Of a DNA stretch of 64,000 nucleotides, positions 36,577 through 47,884 are shown in pieces (positions within the stretch are counted from its first letter, which is position 1; each line of letters begins with the position of its first letter). Made by a program: the position numbers and the translations under genes. The stretch comes from Candidatus Nitrospinota bacterium M3_3B_026. GTDB lineage: Bacteria > Nitrospinota_A > UBA7883 > JBPRGF01. A model generated the notes under the pieces. The model was not told the DNA's origin. It ran no database searches and worked only from the letters and a program-made list of their open reading frames with translations. Location: assembly GCA_051418015.1 (NCBI GenBank), contig JBPRGF010000023.1, forward strand, positions 32,001-96,000, written 5' to 3'.

Positions 36577-37857
36577 ATGGCGGTTAAGCATCTCATGAGA
36601 AAATGTCTTTCAATACCCGCGGCCTTCCTGGCCGCTGTCCTGTTGGCCGCCGCGCCGTCTGCCGCGGCCACGCCGCTCGCGAAGGTTGGCGATCGCGTCA
36701 TAACGCTGGAGGAGATCAAAAAGGTCGTCGCCAGCATGCCCCTGGGGGGCGGCGTGAACGACCTTGAGCTTATCGCCGAAGCCCTCGAAGGCGCCATAGA
36801 CTCGGAGCTGCTTTATATCGAGGCGAAAGAATCCGGCCTGACCGAATCCGAAAAGTTCCGCCGCGAGGCGGCCGAGTTCAGGGAAGCGACTCTGGCGGAC
36901 GCTTACCGTAAAAAAATGTATGAGACGAAAGCCGAAGTGAGCGAAAAGGAAATAACCGAATTCGCCAAACGGGAAGGCGCCACGCGAAGGCTGGCCGAGT
37001 CCATCCTGAAGTCGAGAAAACGCGAAGCGGCCGCGCAAAAAGAAGCCGCCCGCCTGTTCGAGGCCCACAACGTCGCCTTTTCTCCCATCGTCGCTGAAAA
37101 GAGCGTGGACAGCCTAGAGGACGGCGACCTGCTCGCGAGCGCGGATTCGTTCAGGATATTCTATAAAGACGTCCGCGGAGCCATGGCCAACTACGGCGGC
37201 GGCAAGGAGGGACTATTGGACCTTCTTGCGCAAATGGTGGAAGTTAAACTCTTCGCCGCCGCGGCGGAGGAGGCGGGGCTTGCCGAAGACGCCGAGTTCC
37301 GCGCGGTGACGGCCGAATACGAAAAGAGCCTGGCGGTCAACATGCGCCGGGAGCGGCTCCACGAGAAGAACGCCCCCACGGAAAAGGAGATAGAGCGCTA
37401 CATCGAGGAAAACCCATACCTGCGAAGCCAGCCACGGTTCGCCTCGGCCCTGATGATCGTGACCAGGACGAAGGAAGAGGCCCTGAGGCTGCGAGAGAGG
37501 GCGATGGCGGGAGAGAATTTCCACGAGCTGGCCATGGAACATTCCATAGTCCCCAGCGCGAAGGCGACCGCCGGCAGGATCCCACCCATAAGGATCGGCG
37601 GCGGGCCGTATTCCGTCATCGACCGCTCCCTGCTCTCCCTGAAACCGGGGGAGGTGACGGAGCCGATCGAGGGGACTAAAGGCTACAGCATCTTCAAGCT
37701 CATCGAGATCACCGATGCGAAGCCGAGGGACGAGATAGAGATGAGAAAACTGGCCGGGGCCGCCCTGCTCGAGGTGAGGCTGGAAGAGCATCTTGCGAAG
37801 CTGCGCTCCTCCGGGCGGGTGGAGATATACGAGGCCGGGGCAGCTTCCGTTCAGTAG
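36577..37857 (+). CDS. exported parvulin/PrsA/SurA-like foldase
   Basis: Signal peptide, [11 protein letters not shown]urA-like N-terminus, [12 protein letters not shown] and [17 protein letters not shown] rotamase-like motifs. Confidence 0.8.
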   Translation: MAVKHLMRKCLSIPAAFLAAVLLAAAPSAAATPLAKVGDRVITLEEIKKVVASMPLGGGVNDLELIAEALEGAIDSELLYIEAKESGLTESEKFRREAAEFREATLADAYRKKMYETKAEVSEKEITEFAKREGATRRLAESILKSRKREAAAQKEAARLFEAHNVAFSPIVAEKSVDSLEDGDLLASADSFRIFYKDVRGAMANYGGGKEGLLDLLAQMVEVKLFAAAAEEAGLAEDAEFRAVTAEYEKSLAVNMRRERLHEKNAPTEKEIERYIEENPYLRSQPRFASALMIVTRTKEEALRLRERAMAGENFHELAMEHSIVPSAKATAGRIPPIRIGGGPYSVIDRSLLSLKPGEVTEPIEGTKGYSIFKLIEITDAKPRDEIEMRKLAGAALLEVRLEEHLAKLRSSGRVEIYEAGAASVQ

Positions 37858-39116
37858 CCGTCCGGCTCTCTTCGTATCGAGGCGCCGAGGGCGGACAGCT
37901 TCTTCTCTATGCTCTCGTAGCCACGGTCGAGGTGGTAGATTCGCAGAACCTCCGTCACCCCCTCGGCGGCCAGCCCGGCCAGGACCAGCGAGGCCGACGC
38001 GCGAAGGTCCGTGGCCATGACCGCCGCGCCGGTGAGCGAGCGGACACCCCTGACCATCGCCGCGGCGCCGTCCACCTTTATGTCCGCGCCCATCCTGCGA
38101 AGCTCCGCCACGTGCATGAACCTGTTCTCGAATATGGTCTCCTTTATCACCGAGGCGCCGTCCGCGAGTGACATGAGGGCCATGAACTGCGCCTGCATGT
38201 CCGTGGGGAAGCCAGGATACGGCGCGGTGGCGCCGGAGACCGGTTTTATGACCCCGCCGCCGCGGACGCGGATATCCCCGCCGTCAATGGATATATCCGC
38301 CCCCGCCTCGGTAAGCTTGCCGATGACGGCGGAGAGGCGCTCAGGCTCCGCGCCTTTGATCGTGACGTCGCCGCCCGTTATCGCCGCGGCGGTCATGAAC
38401 GTGCCGGCTTCGATCCTGTCCGGGATCACCGTGGTTTCCGCCGGGGCCAGGGAGTCCACGCCGTCGATGGTCACCGTGGCCGTCCCGGCGCCCTGCACCC
38501 TAGCGCCCATGGAGTTCAAGAAATCCGCCAGGGCGGCCACCTCCGGCTCGCGGGCGGCGTTCTCTATCACCGTGCGCCCTTTCGCAAGGCACGCGGCCAT
38601 CATGACGTTCATCACCCCCGTCACGGTGACGACGTCCATCGTCACGCGGCCGCCGCGCAGGCCCCCCGCCGCGTCCGCCTCGACGTAGCCATGGGATATG
38701 CCTATCTTCGCCCCCAGCGCCTCGAAGCCTTTAAGGTGCTGGTCCACCGGCCGCACCCCTATGGCGCAGCCGCCGGGCTGGCTCACCCTGGCGCGGCCCA
38801 GCCGGGCAAGAAGCGGACCCGCCACCATGAACGACGCCCTCATTGTTTTCACCAGCTCGTAGGGCGCCTCGTGGCCTATCGGCCCGCCCGTGTCCACCCG
38901 CCAGGCCGAATCGCCGATCCGCTCCACCCGGGCGCCAAGAGCTTCCAGAAGCTTTATGATCGTGCGCACGTCCCGCAGGTCCGGGACGTCTCGGATGACA
39001 CTCTCGCCCGGAGCCAGCAGCGTCGCGGCGAAGATGGGCAGGGCGGCGTTCTTGGCGCCGGAGACTTTTATGGCTCCCTTCAGCGCCCTGCCGCCTTCGA
39101 TGACCAGCTTGTCCAA
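37851..39116 (-). CDS. murA: UDP-N-acetylglucosamine 1-carboxyvinyltransferase
   Basis: [48 protein letters not shown]. Confidence 0.97.
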   Translation of the reverse strand: MDKLVIEGGRALKGAIKVSGAKNAALPIFAATLLAPGESVIRDVPDLRDVRTIIKLLEALGARVERIGDSAWRVDTGGPIGHEAPYELVKTMRASFMVAGPLLARLGRARVSQPGGCAIGVRPVDQHLKGFEALGAKIGISHGYVEADAAGGLRGGRVTMDVVTVTGVMNVMMAACLAKGRTVIENAAREPEVAALADFLNSMGARVQGAGTATVTIDGVDSLAPAETTVIPDRIEAGTFMTAAAITGGDVTIKGAEPERLSAVIGKLTEAGADISIDGGDIRVRGGGVIKPVSGATAPYPGFPTDMQAQFMALMSLADGASVIKETIFENRFMHVAELRRMGADIKVDGAAAMVRGVRSLTGAAVMATDLRASASLVLAGLAAEGVTEVLRIYHLDRGYESIEKKLSALGASIRREPDGY

Positions 39117-39117
39117 T

Positions 39118-40011
39118 TTATCCCCTGACAGCGATCAGCGCCCGCTCGGCCCCCGCCAGGTCGCGGACGAATTTTTTGAGACGGAGCCCGGCGGACTTCT
39201 CGACCAACCGGGATACAGCCCTGGACTGCCCGCCGCCTGTCTCCATCACCAGGCAGCCGCCTTCCCTGAGGTAGCCGGGGGCCTCTTCTATTATCCTGCT
39301 TATCACATCCAGCCCGTCCGGGCCGGCGTATACCGCCCCATGCGGCTCACGCGCCACCTCGGGCGACACACCCTCCGCCCCCTCCGGAACGTAAGGGGGG
39401 TTCGTGACTATGATGTCGAACATCGCGCCTTTTGCCGCCGAGAACAGGTCGGATACCGCGAAATCGATCCTGTCCGCCACGCCGAGCCTCCGCGCGTTCT
39501 CCCCGGCCACGGCCAGCGCGCCGGGCTCTGAGTCAACGGCGCGGACCTTCCACCTCGGCGCATGGAGGGCAAGCGTCACGGCGATGGCGCCGGAGCCCGT
39601 CCCCACGTCCAGGACGCTTGCGGCCTCCAGCGGGTCGAAAAGCGCCAGAGCGGCGTCCACGAGCGTCTCCGTTTCCGGCCGTGGTATGAGAACCGCCGGG
39701 GTCACGTGAAACGACAGCGAGTAAAACTCCTTTTCGCCGGTGATATAGGCAAGCGGCTCGCGGGCGGTTCTCCGCGCGATGAGTTTTTCAAAATCCGCCG
39801 CCGCGTCCTCCGGCGCCGGGTCGTGAGCGTGGGCCAGGACGAACCCCCTGTCCACGCCAAGGGCATGGGCCAGGAGAAGGCTGGAGTCGAGCCGGAAAGA
39901 CTCCACCCCGGCGGCTTCCAATATCCTCCCGCCCCACGCCAGAAGGTCCGCCAGGGTCTGCGTCACACCGGATTTTCCCCCGCGCGCGGCGGAGGTGGCG
40001 GCGGTTTTCAT
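39118..40011 (-). CDS. prmC: release factor glutamine methyltransferase
   Basis: [31 protein letters not shown]; follows prfA. Confidence 0.95.
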   Translation of the reverse strand: MKTAATSAARGGKSGVTQTLADLLAWGGRILEAAGVESFRLDSSLLLAHALGVDRGFVLAHAHDPAPEDAAADFEKLIARRTAREPLAYITGEKEFYSLSFHVTPAVLIPRPETETLVDAALALFDPLEAASVLDVGTGSGAIAVTLALHAPRWKVRAVDSEPGALAVAGENARRLGVADRIDFAVSDLFSAAKGAMFDIIVTNPPYVPEGAEGVSPEVAREPHGAVYAGPDGLDVISRIIEEAPGYLREGGCLVMETGGGQSRAVSRLVEKSAGLRLKKFVRDLAGAERALIAVRG

Positions 40012-40025
40012 GAAACCCGGGCGCC

Positions 40026-41111
40026 TCAGGCGCCGGCCGCCACGGCCTCGCCGTTTTTCAAAAGCCTCTCCTGCGCGGCGAACACCAGGGCGTCTATCAT
40101 CTCGTCGAGATCACCGTCCAGGAAGGATTCCAGCTTGTAGAGAGTCATGTTGATCCTGTGGTCCGTGACGCGGCCCTGGGGGAAGTTGTAGGTTCTTATC
40201 CTCTCGCTCCTGTCGCCCATGCCGACCTGGGCCTTACGCGCGGCGGACCGTTTGGCCGCCTCCTCCCGCTCCCGCCGGTCCTTCAGCCTGGCCGCCAGGA
40301 CCTTCATGGCCTTGATCCTGTTCTTGTGCTGGGATTTTTCGTCCTGCATGCTCACGGTGATCCCCGTCGGCAGGTGGGTCATCCTCACCGCCGAGTCGGT
40401 GGTGTTGACGGACTGGCCGCCGTGGCCCGAGGAGCGGAAGACGTCCACCTTCAGCTCGTTCGGGTCGATTTTCACCTCCACGTCCTCCGCCTCCGGCATG
40501 ATGGCCACGGTGCAGGCGGAGGTGTGTATCCGTCCCGAGCCTTCAGTGTCCGGGACGCGCTGGACGCGGTGGGCGCCGCTTTCGTTCTTGAGCCTGGAGT
40601 AGACCCCCTTGCCGGAGACCAGGGCGATGATCTCCTTGATACCGCCTATGCCCGTCTCGCTCAGGGACATGACCTCCACGTTCCACCCTCGCCTCTCGGC
40701 GTAGCGGGAATACATCCTGAAAAGGTCCGAGGCGAAAAGGGCCGCCTCCTCGCCGCCTGTCCCGGCGCGTATTTCCAGGATGATGTTCTTTTCGTCGTTG
40801 GGGTCCTTCGGCAGGAGCATGAGCCGAAGCTGTCTTTCCATCTTTTCGATCTCCGGACCGAGCTCCTCCACCTCCTGCCGCGCAAGCTCCACGATCTCCC
40901 TGTCGCTCTCCTGTTCAACGACGCTTTTCGCTCCGTCGAAGTCCGCCTTCAGCTTCCTGTATTCCCTGTACTTTTCAACCACCGGGCGAATTTCGGAAAG
41001 CTCCCTGGCGAGCTTCTCATACGCCGCCCTGTCCGCGGCCACAGCCGGGTCGCCCATCCTCTGGTGGATGGACTCGTACCTTTTCTCCATGTTCTCAAGG
41101 GAGGTAATCAT
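40026..41111 (-). CDS. prfA: peptide chain release factor 1
   Basis: EIRAGTGGEEA, HRVQRVPDTE (PxT motif), GHGGQ, RTYNFPQGRVTDHR. Confidence 0.97.
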   Translation of the reverse strand: MITSLENMEKRYESIHQRMGDPAVAADRAAYEKLARELSEIRPVVEKYREYRKLKADFDGAKSVVEQESDREIVELARQEVEELGPEIEKMERQLRLMLLPKDPNDEKNIILEIRAGTGGEEAALFASDLFRMYSRYAERRGWNVEVMSLSETGIGGIKEIIALVSGKGVYSRLKNESGAHRVQRVPDTEGSGRIHTSACTVAIMPEAEDVEVKIDPNELKVDVFRSSGHGGQSVNTTDSAVRMTHLPTGITVSMQDEKSQHKNRIKAMKVLAARLKDRREREEAAKRSAARKAQVGMGDRSERIRTYNFPQGRVTDHRINMTLYKLESFLDGDLDEMIDALVFAAQERLLKNGEAVAAGA

Positions 41112-41169
41112 GACGGAACCCGGTCATAAAAAAAAGAAAGAAGACCGCGCGCCCCCTGCGGGACGGGCC

Positions 41170-41388
41170 TTAAGAACCCTCCGGCGCGGCCTTTTTGCCG
41201 TATTTCCGGCGGAACTTCTCGATGCGGCCGGCGGTGTCGATAAGCTTCTGCTTGCCGGTGTAGAAGGGGTGGCAGGACGAGCATATGTCCAGCTTGAGGA
41301 CGGGGACGGTTCCCCTGGTCTGCGCCCTGGCGCCGCAGGCGCACACTATCTCGCAGTCCACGTACTCAGGATGTATCTCTTTTTTCAT
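41170..41388 (-). CDS. rpmE: 50S ribosomal protein L31 (zinc-binding type)
   Basis: [23 protein letters not shown]. Confidence 0.96.
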   Translation of the reverse strand: MKKEIHPEYVDCEIVCACGARAQTRGTVPVLKLDICSSCHPFYTGKQKLIDTAGRIEKFRRKYGKKAAPEGS

Positions 41389-41505
41389 CTTTCCCTATAT
41401 CCTCGCGACACAAATAAATATTATATCTTAACTCTGCCCGTATTTTGCTGAAAAATCCGCCAGAATGGCGCCGTTCGCTTCGTCACGGCGGCCGAGCCTT
41501 TGCGA

Positions 41506-41580
41506 TGTCATGCTGGACGAAGTGAAACATCTCATCCAGCGCAAGCCCACGAGATTCTTCGGCTTCGCCTCAGAATTACA
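41506..41580. repeat. REP-like palindromic repeat, family C
   Basis: TGTCATGC...GATTCTTCGGCTTCGCCTCAGAAT; the 24-bp core (41553-41576) is identical to 59296-59319. Confidence 0.78.
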
Positions 41581-41693
41581 ACGTCCCGTTACGACGCCGC
41601 GCTGGCCGAAGCCCCGAGCCAAAAGGCGAAGCGCCCGGCGAAGTTTTTCATGATGACAGCTAAAAAGCGGTTTTTCAACAACCTTTTTAGAGG

Positions 41694-43019
<1,326 letters not shown>

Positions 43020-43242
43020 GATGGTCCGCTCTTTGATTTCCTATGTTGATTGGGGTTTTTCAGCTTTCACCGCGGGACAACCCGCCTTCCAGCCCGGACG
43101 GGTCAACAGGTTGAATAAGATCGCTCTGCCAGTTCTGTCCAGCAACCAAAGGCCAGGAATCGTTATTCGATCAGTGAAAATCCGTAACGTGTTTTATATA
43201 GTGGAACGAATCAGGAAAGCGCCCTCTCTTTTGATAGGGCTA

Positions 43243-43271
43243 ATATTACTCACAATCCATTTCGCTGTCAA
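43243..43271 (-). promoter_or_regulatory. sigma-70-type promoter of rho
   Basis: Minus-strand TTGACA-N17-TAATAT, giving a leader of about 215 nt. Confidence 0.6.
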
Positions 43272-43289
43272 TAGCCCGTCCGCGTTTTT

Positions 43290-43742
43290 TCACCCCTCGG
43301 ACGCGGCGGGCCTTTTCAGCGCCTGCGTCCTCTCGCAAAGGGTCTGGAGCGTGTACTTTTTCATCAGGCCGATGAACGTGCTCTTGAAGTCGGTGTAAAA
43401 CTCGTTTATGACGCACATGTTGTGGTTGTGGTCCGAACAGCGCCCCTCCACGCCCGAGGCGGCGGAGCAGTCCCACGGCTCGATCTTGCCCTCGGTGGCC
43501 TGGTAGATGTCGTACACGGAGATGCTCTCCGGCTCCATGCTTAGCTGGTAGCCGCCCTGGTAGCCGCGGGCGCTTCTCACCAGGCCGGCCTTTTTCAGGT
43601 CGGACAGTATCTGCTCAAGGAACCTGTATGGCAGATCCAGCTTTTCGGACAGAACCCTGCCCGAAACGGGCGCCTCGTCCGGCTCGCATTTCAGATACAA
43701 CAGGGCCAGCATCGCGTATTCGAACTTGGCTGAGAACTTCAT
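43290..43742 (-). CDS. Rrf2 family transcriptional regulator (CymR/IscR-like)
   Basis: FLEQILSDLKKAGLVRSARGYQGGYQL; three C-terminal cysteines (WDC..GRC..NMC); divergent from cysH. Confidence 0.92.
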   Translation of the reverse strand: MKFSAKFEYAMLALLYLKCEPDEAPVSGRVLSEKLDLPYRFLEQILSDLKKAGLVRSARGYQGGYQLSMEPESISVYDIYQATEGKIEPWDCSAASGVEGRCSDHNHNMCVINEFYTDFKSTFIGLMKKYTLQTLCERTQALKRPAASEG

Positions 43743-43853
43743 TTTAATTTCCTCAATTCCTACTGAATTTATATCATATCAAAAGCCCGCCCGCCTGTCC
43801 ATGATTTTATCTGCTTGATAGTTCATCGGTTACAATAATTCTCAAAAAAATCT

Positions 43854-43912
43854 TTGACATCCTGGCCCAAATCCGTATCATTTACATAATTCCTATTTAT
43901 TTTATCGGAATT
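43854..43912 (+). promoter_or_regulatory. cysH operon promoter with an overlapping palindromic operator
   Basis: TTGACA-N16-TATCAT (43854-43881) followed by AATTCCtATttattttATcGGAATT (43888-43912). Confidence 0.7.
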
Positions 43913-43939
43913 GTTAACTCAGCAAGGAGATATGATCTT

Positions 43940-44674
43940 ATGGCATTCGCGTCGGAAGAAGAGGAGATCGAAAAGCTGGTCGAGGGGCTTCACTTCAAGC
44001 AGAAAGTGGAGCGGGCGAAAAACCTTCTTGAGTGGGCGTTCGCCGAGTACGGCGACAACGCCGTCGTCGCCAACAGCCTGGGCAAGGACTCCATGGTGGT
44101 CTGGGACCTGGCGAGGAAGGTCAACCCCGCCGCCCGCGGATTCATCGTCACCACGCCCTACAAACCCAAGGAGACGATCGACTACATGAATGACCTCGCG
44201 GCGGACGATCCTGACCTCAGGATCTACAAATCGGACCAGGACGTGGGCGAGCTTTACAAGACCGATCCCGACGAGTGCTGCCGGATATTGAAAGTCGAGC
44301 CCGTCCGCCAGGCCGTCGCCGAGATGGACGTGAAACTGTGGATAACCGGCCTGCGCTGCACCGAGGGGCGCACGAGGACAGACTTCAGGGAGGTTGAACA
44401 GCGCGACGAGGGGCTTTACAAGCTCAACCCGATCCTCCTGTTCAAGGAGCGCGAGGTTTGGCAGTACCTGGCCCTGAACGGGGTAAAAGTAAACCCCCTT
44501 TACGGCGAAGGATACCGCTCCCTCGGGTGCGCGCCATGCACCGCCATCGTCGCCGACGAGAACGAGCGCGCGGGCAGGTGGCTTTCCACGTCCAAGTGCG
44601 GCGGCGAGTGCGGCATCCACACAAGGCCCCTGAAGGCGGCTCCGGAAGAGGCCGCCGCCGGTGAAAGCCTGTAA
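43940..44674 (+). CDS. cysH: assimilatory APS/PAPS reductase, Fe-S (APS) type
   Basis: SLGKDS, ECCRILKVEP, GYRSLGCAPCT, C-terminal ECGIH; the CC plus CxxC ligands indicate a 4Fe-4S APS reductase. Confidence 0.9.
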   Translation: MAFASEEEEIEKLVEGLHFKQKVERAKNLLEWAFAEYGDNAVVANSLGKDSMVVWDLARKVNPAARGFIVTTPYKPKETIDYMNDLAADDPDLRIYKSDQDVGELYKTDPDECCRILKVEPVRQAVAEMDVKLWITGLRCTEGRTRTDFREVEQRDEGLYKLNPILLFKEREVWQYLALNGVKVNPLYGEGYRSLGCAPCTAIVADENERAGRWLSTSKCGGECGIHTRPLKAAPEEAAAGESL

Positions 44675-45453
44675 TGGACGCGACCCAGATACTGGCGGGC
44701 TTCGCCGTCGGCGCGCTCGTGGGGTTCACGGGAATGGGGGGAGGCGCCGTGATGACCCCCGTCCTGATACTGGCGCTGGGGGTCCGGCCCACCATCGCCG
44801 TGGGGACGGACCTGATATACGCCGCCGTAACCAAGTCCGCCGGGACGGCCGCCCACGGCCTGCAGGGCACTGTCCATTGGAGGACGGTGTTCCTGCTCGC
44901 CGCCGGGAGCCTTCCCGGCGCGGCGGCGGGGTCCGTTATGTTCCATTCGCTGCAGGCGGCCTACGGCGGCGCGCTGGAGCCTTTTATCGCCAAGTCCATC
45001 GGGGTTCTGCTGATGGTCACGGCGGCGGTCATGATCCTATCGAAAAAAGGGAGACGTAAAGATGATGTCAACAACGCAACCGGGGGCGGCGCGCCCGGAG
45101 GAGGGGATGTTTTCATTCTCCCGGCGGCGGGGTTCATGGTGGGGGTTCTTGTCACCTTCACTTCCGTCGGCAGCGGCACGCTGGTGGCCGCCACTCTATT
45201 CACCGTGTTCCCCGGCCTCGGCGCGGCCAGAATCATCGGCTCGGACATCGCCCATGCGGCGCTGCTTCTGTCCGTAGCGTCGGCCGGGCACGGCTTCATG
45301 GGCAACGTCAACTGGGAGCTGGCCTCGAACCTCGTGGCGGGGTCTGTTCCGGGCGTTCTCCTTGGAAGCAGGCTGGCCGGCGCGGCGCCGGAGAAACTCA
45401 TCAAGGCGACGGCGGGCGGCGCGATGTTCTTCGCGGGATACGCGCTCGTCTGA
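44674..45453 (+). CDS. TauE/SafE (TSUP) sulfur-compound transporter
   Basis: VGFTGMGGGAVMTP, AVGTDL, TSVGSG, GSDIAHA. Confidence 0.9.
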   Translation: MDATQILAGFAVGALVGFTGMGGGAVMTPVLILALGVRPTIAVGTDLIYAAVTKSAGTAAHGLQGTVHWRTVFLLAAGSLPGAAAGSVMFHSLQAAYGGALEPFIAKSIGVLLMVTAAVMILSKKGRRKDDVNNATGGGAPGGGDVFILPAAGFMVGVLVTFTSVGSGTLVAATLFTVFPGLGAARIIGSDIAHAALLLSVASAGHGFMGNVNWELASNLVAGSVPGVLLGSRLAGAAPEKLIKATAGGAMFFAGYALV

Positions 45454-45487
45454 AATGCGGTGTTTACAGGATAAGGAGTGAAAAGAG

Positions 45488-47749
45488 ATGCAAGCGAATA
45501 CGGCGGCGGCCGATTTCATCACGACAAAGCCGAGGTCCGGGGAGCTCGAGAAGTTCCGCGGGCAGGTGGCCGAATACAAATCGGGAAGCATAACCGGGGA
45601 GCAGTTCAAGTCCGCCCGGGTGAACCTGGGGATATACTCCCAGCGACAGGAGGGCCTTTTCATGGTGAGGACGAAGATAGCCGCCGGGAAAATCCCCGCC
45701 GGCTCCATCGACGCCCTCGCCGAAGCGGCGGACCGGTGGGGAAGCGGGTTCGTCCACATATCCACCAGGCAGGATTTCCAGCTTCACAACGTTCCGCTGG
45801 ATGATCTGGCCGATGTCCTCGACCATCTTCACGACGCGGGGATAACGACCCTCGGCGCGGGCGGGAACACCATCAGGAACATAACCGTCTGCCGTCACGC
45901 CATGGCCGGGCAGGGGCCTTTCGACGTCGCCGCGGTGTCGCGGGCGGTCTCGGGCTATTTCCTGGGGAACCCCATCTCGAAAGGGCTGCCGAGGAAGTTC
46001 AAGATAACCTTCTCCGCCTGCGCCGAAGACTGCGGTGGAGGGGTCATCGACGACATCGGCGCCATCGTCCTGGGCCAGGAAAGCGGGCTGGGGAGCGACG
46101 GTTTCCGCCTGCTCGTGGGAGGGGGCGGCGGCTCCATCCCCAGGCTGGGGAAAACGCTGGACGAGTTCGTCCCCGCGAGGAGGGTCCACGTCTCCATCCT
46201 CGCCATCCTGAACATTTTCAACAGGATGGGGACGAGGACGAACCGCGCCAGGGCGAGGATAAAATTCCTGGTCGAGAAGCTGGGGATAGAAAAGCTCAGG
46301 AGCCTTTACCGCGAGGAGCTAGCGTCTCTCTCGAACGTCGAGGACCTGGCTTATGAAGGCTCTTCACCCAACGGCGGCCGGAGCGGCGCCTCCCTGCTTC
46401 TCAAGATACCGGTGGGCGACATCTACTCCGGCCAGCTGCGCAGTCTCGGCCAGTTCCTGCTGGAGACGCCGGGGGTATCCGCATGGAACACCAAGGACGG
46501 CGATATACTGCTGACCGGCCTCGACTCGGCCGCCGCGGGCTCCGCGCCCGGCCGGCTGCGCGCGCTTGGGTTTTACCCCGCGATAGACAAACCCGGAAAC
46601 GTCGTAAGGTCGTGCAACGGCGCCTCCCTGTGCAGCGAGGGGATAGCCAACTCAAAAGCCCTCGCCAGGGTTCTGGAGCCGCTGGCCGAAGGGCTCGACG
46701 AAGGGCTGGGGCCGATAAACATAAGCGTCAGCGGATGCCCCAACGCCTGCGCGCTGCACCATACCGCCGACATCGGCCTGCAGGGCGCGGCGAAAAGGGT
46801 CAACGGCCGCCTTGCGCCGCATTACCTGCTGTACCTCGGCGGCGCGGGACACGGCCCGGCGCCAAGGCTGGCCGAGCCGGTAGTCAGGATCCCGGCGAAA
46901 AACGTCCCCGCTGCGGTGAAGCGAGCGGTGGACATCGCAAGAAGCGCCGCCGGGGATGGCGAGACGTTCGGCGGTGTTGCCGCAAGGCTCGGCGTCGAAA
47001 AATTCCGGGAGGAGCTCGCGCCGTTCACCCTGCTCCCCTCCTACGAGAAGAACCGGGATGGATATCGCGACTGGGAGTCCGACGAGGACTTCAACCTCGA
47101 CGAGGTCGGCCCCGGCGAGTGCGGCGGCTCCGCCCTGGAGCTTATAGAAGGCGTCTACAACCAGGCGAGGCGCGACCTGGCCTCCGCCAGGCAGGCGCTG
47201 GAGGCGGGCGATGAGGCCGCGGCGTCAAAAAGGGCCGCGAGCTCCGTCTCCCAGTCCGCCAGGGCCCTGCTCGCGGCGCGGGGGATAGAGCCGGGGACGG
47301 ACGATGAGCTTTTAAGCCAGTTCCGCGACAGGATCGTGACGCGGGGGATAGCCTCCGGCAGGTTCCTGGACGCCCTCGCCGCGGCCGCGGGAGAGGGGCT
47401 GGAAAGCCGCTACGGGCCGGAGGAGTGGGCGCCTCTTGGCGAGGAGCTCCTGGAGGAGAGCCTTTCGGCCTACGAAAAGCTTTCGCCGCAGGGCGCCGGG
47501 AAGCCGCGGGCGCGAAAAAAGGCCGCCGTGGAGAGACTCGATCTCTCCGGCGTGCGCTGCCCCTTCAACTACGTCAGGATCAAGGTACGGCTGGAGGAGC
47601 TGCCGAAGGGCGCGAGGTTGGAGGCGGTGCTGGACGACGGCGCGCCGGTGGAGAATGTCCCACGCAGCCTGGAAAACGACGGCCACGAGATATTGTCCCT
47701 CGAAGTGATGGAGAACGGGCAGTATCTTCTCCTGGTGGAAAAGAACTGA
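45488..47749 (+). CDS. siroheme sulfite/nitrite reductase with C-terminal TusA domain
   Basis: GIYSQRQ..FMVR, HISTRQDFQLH, LPRKFK, SCNGASLC and SGCPNAC siroheme/4Fe-4S ligands; C-terminal LDLSGVRCPFNYV..LDDG..NVPRSL. Confidence 0.88.
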   Translation: MQANTAAADFITTKPRSGELEKFRGQVAEYKSGSITGEQFKSARVNLGIYSQRQEGLFMVRTKIAAGKIPAGSIDALAEAADRWGSGFVHISTRQDFQLHNVPLDDLADVLDHLHDAGITTLGAGGNTIRNITVCRHAMAGQGPFDVAAVSRAVSGYFLGNPISKGLPRKFKITFSACAEDCGGGVIDDIGAIVLGQESGLGSDGFRLLVGGGGGSIPRLGKTLDEFVPARRVHVSILAILNIFNRMGTRTNRARARIKFLVEKLGIEKLRSLYREELASLSNVEDLAYEGSSPNGGRSGASLLLKIPVGDIYSGQLRSLGQFLLETPGVSAWNTKDGDILLTGLDSAAAGSAPGRLRALGFYPAIDKPGNVVRSCNGASLCSEGIANSKALARVLEPLAEGLDEGLGPINISVSGCPNACALHHTADIGLQGAAKRVNGRLAPHYLLYLGGAGHGPAPRLAEPVVRIPAKNVPAAVKRAVDIARSAAGDGETFGGVAARLGVEKFREELAPFTLLPSYEKNRDGYRDWESDEDFNLDEVGPGECGGSALELIEGVYNQARRDLASARQALEAGDEAAASKRAASSVSQSARALLAARGIEPGTDDELLSQFRDRIVTRGIASGRFLDALAAAAGEGLESRYGPEEWAPLGEELLEESLSAYEKLSPQGAGKPRARKKAAVERLDLSGVRCPFNYVRIKVRLEELPKGARLEAVLDDGAPVENVPRSLENDGHEILSLEVMENGQYLLLVEKN

Positions 47750-47884
47750 TCTTTTCCGGCGCTTTCCTCCAGTCCCCGGAAGCGGGGCGGCGGGCTCTCC
47801 CCTCCGTCCCGCGCTCCAGTTATGTCCTCCTGAGCGCCAGCGACGCATCCCGTACCGGAAGAAACAACAGCGGTTTTGATAGGG

